Below, piece by piece: positions 52,842 through 53,331 of a stretch of DNA of 53,331 nt. Numbering within the stretch: position 1 is the first letter of the stretch; each line of letters starts with the position of its first letter. The notes beneath the pieces were generated by a model. It searched no databases, was not told the DNA's origin, and was given only the letters and a program-made list of their open reading frames with translations. Source of the stretch: Flavobacteriaceae bacterium (GTDB lineage Bacteria > Bacteroidota > Bacteroidia > Flavobacteriales > Flavobacteriaceae); assembly GCA_017856205.1 (NCBI GenBank), contig JAFMFL010000001.1, forward strand, positions 1 to 53,331, read 5' to 3'. The translations under genes and the position numbers were made by a program.

Positions 52842-53331
52842 ATGAATATTGTAGGATTTTCTTTTATCAAAAATGCAATAAAATATGATTTTCCTGTTGT
52901 GGAGTCAATTAAGTCTACACTGCCACTTTGTGATAAATTCTACATAGCTGTCGGGAAATCTGAGGATGATACCCTAGAATTGATTCACAGTATTGATAAG
53001 GATAAAATTGTTGTTATAGAAACAGAGTGGGATGAATCACACCGTGAGGGTGGGCATGTGTTGGCGTTAGAAACAAACAAAGCCATGCAAGCATTACCCG
53101 CTGATACAGATTGGGCAATCTATATTCAAGGAGATGAGTTGTTTCATGAAAAGGATTATGCGACTATTCGTGCTGCAATGAACAACCATCACAATAACCC
53201 TAAAGTTGAGGGTCTTCTATTTAATTATCTCCATTTCTATGGCTCTTACAGTTATGTGGCTGAGTCATATGTTTGGTATCCTAGAGAGGTACGTGTGTTA
53301 AAGTATAATCCCACTATATTCTCTTACAAAG
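52842..53331 (+). CDS. Glycosyltransferase family 2-like protein (3'-truncated, absent from the ORF track)
   Basis: ATG at 52842, open to the window end: MNIVGFSFIKNAIKYDFPVVESI...SEDDT...YIQGDE...FNYLHFYGSY. Confidence 0.85.
   Translation, partial: MNIVGFSFIKNAIKYDFPVVESIKSTLPLCDKFYIAVGKSEDDTLELIHSIDKDKIVVIETEWDESHREGGHVLALETNKAMQALPADTDWAIYIQGDELFHEKDYATIRAAMNNHHNNPKVEGLLFNYLHFYGSYSYVAESYVWYPREVRVLKYNPTIFSYK

Overview
Core-genome segment of a Flavobacteriaceae/Flavobacteriia (Bacteroidota) chromosome with very tight gene packing. It holds about 48 CDSs, mostly housekeeping: rpoB (partial), rpoC, prfC, idi, htpG, fabH-like, recR, rpmB-rpmG-bL38(DUF4295)-ftsY, rimO, bshC, guaA, pyrG, yidC, mnmA, lysA, sucC, hsp20, uvrB, ctaA-like, cca and tsaC. 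The window ends in a glycosyltransferase cluster. I found no rRNA, tRNA, CRISPR array, prophage or transposase. The most interesting signals are regulatory or hidden in 'hypothetical' genes. (1) The two heat-shock genes, htpG and hsp20, lie 26 kb apart yet share the same upstream layout: a TGACA-N3-TGTCA-type palindrome, exactly 12 nt, then a sigma54-like GG-N10-G(C/G) element. (2) A structured ~135-nt RNA with its own promoter and terminator lies between htpG and fabH (sRNA or attenuator). (3) A 354-aa hypothetical protein has a complete PI3K/HipA-like kinase motif set. (4) Many genes appear to be leaderless. (5) The heme A synthase has a His-to-Asn change and a CBM5/12-like insert. All protein calls come from motif recognition by eye; no searches were run.
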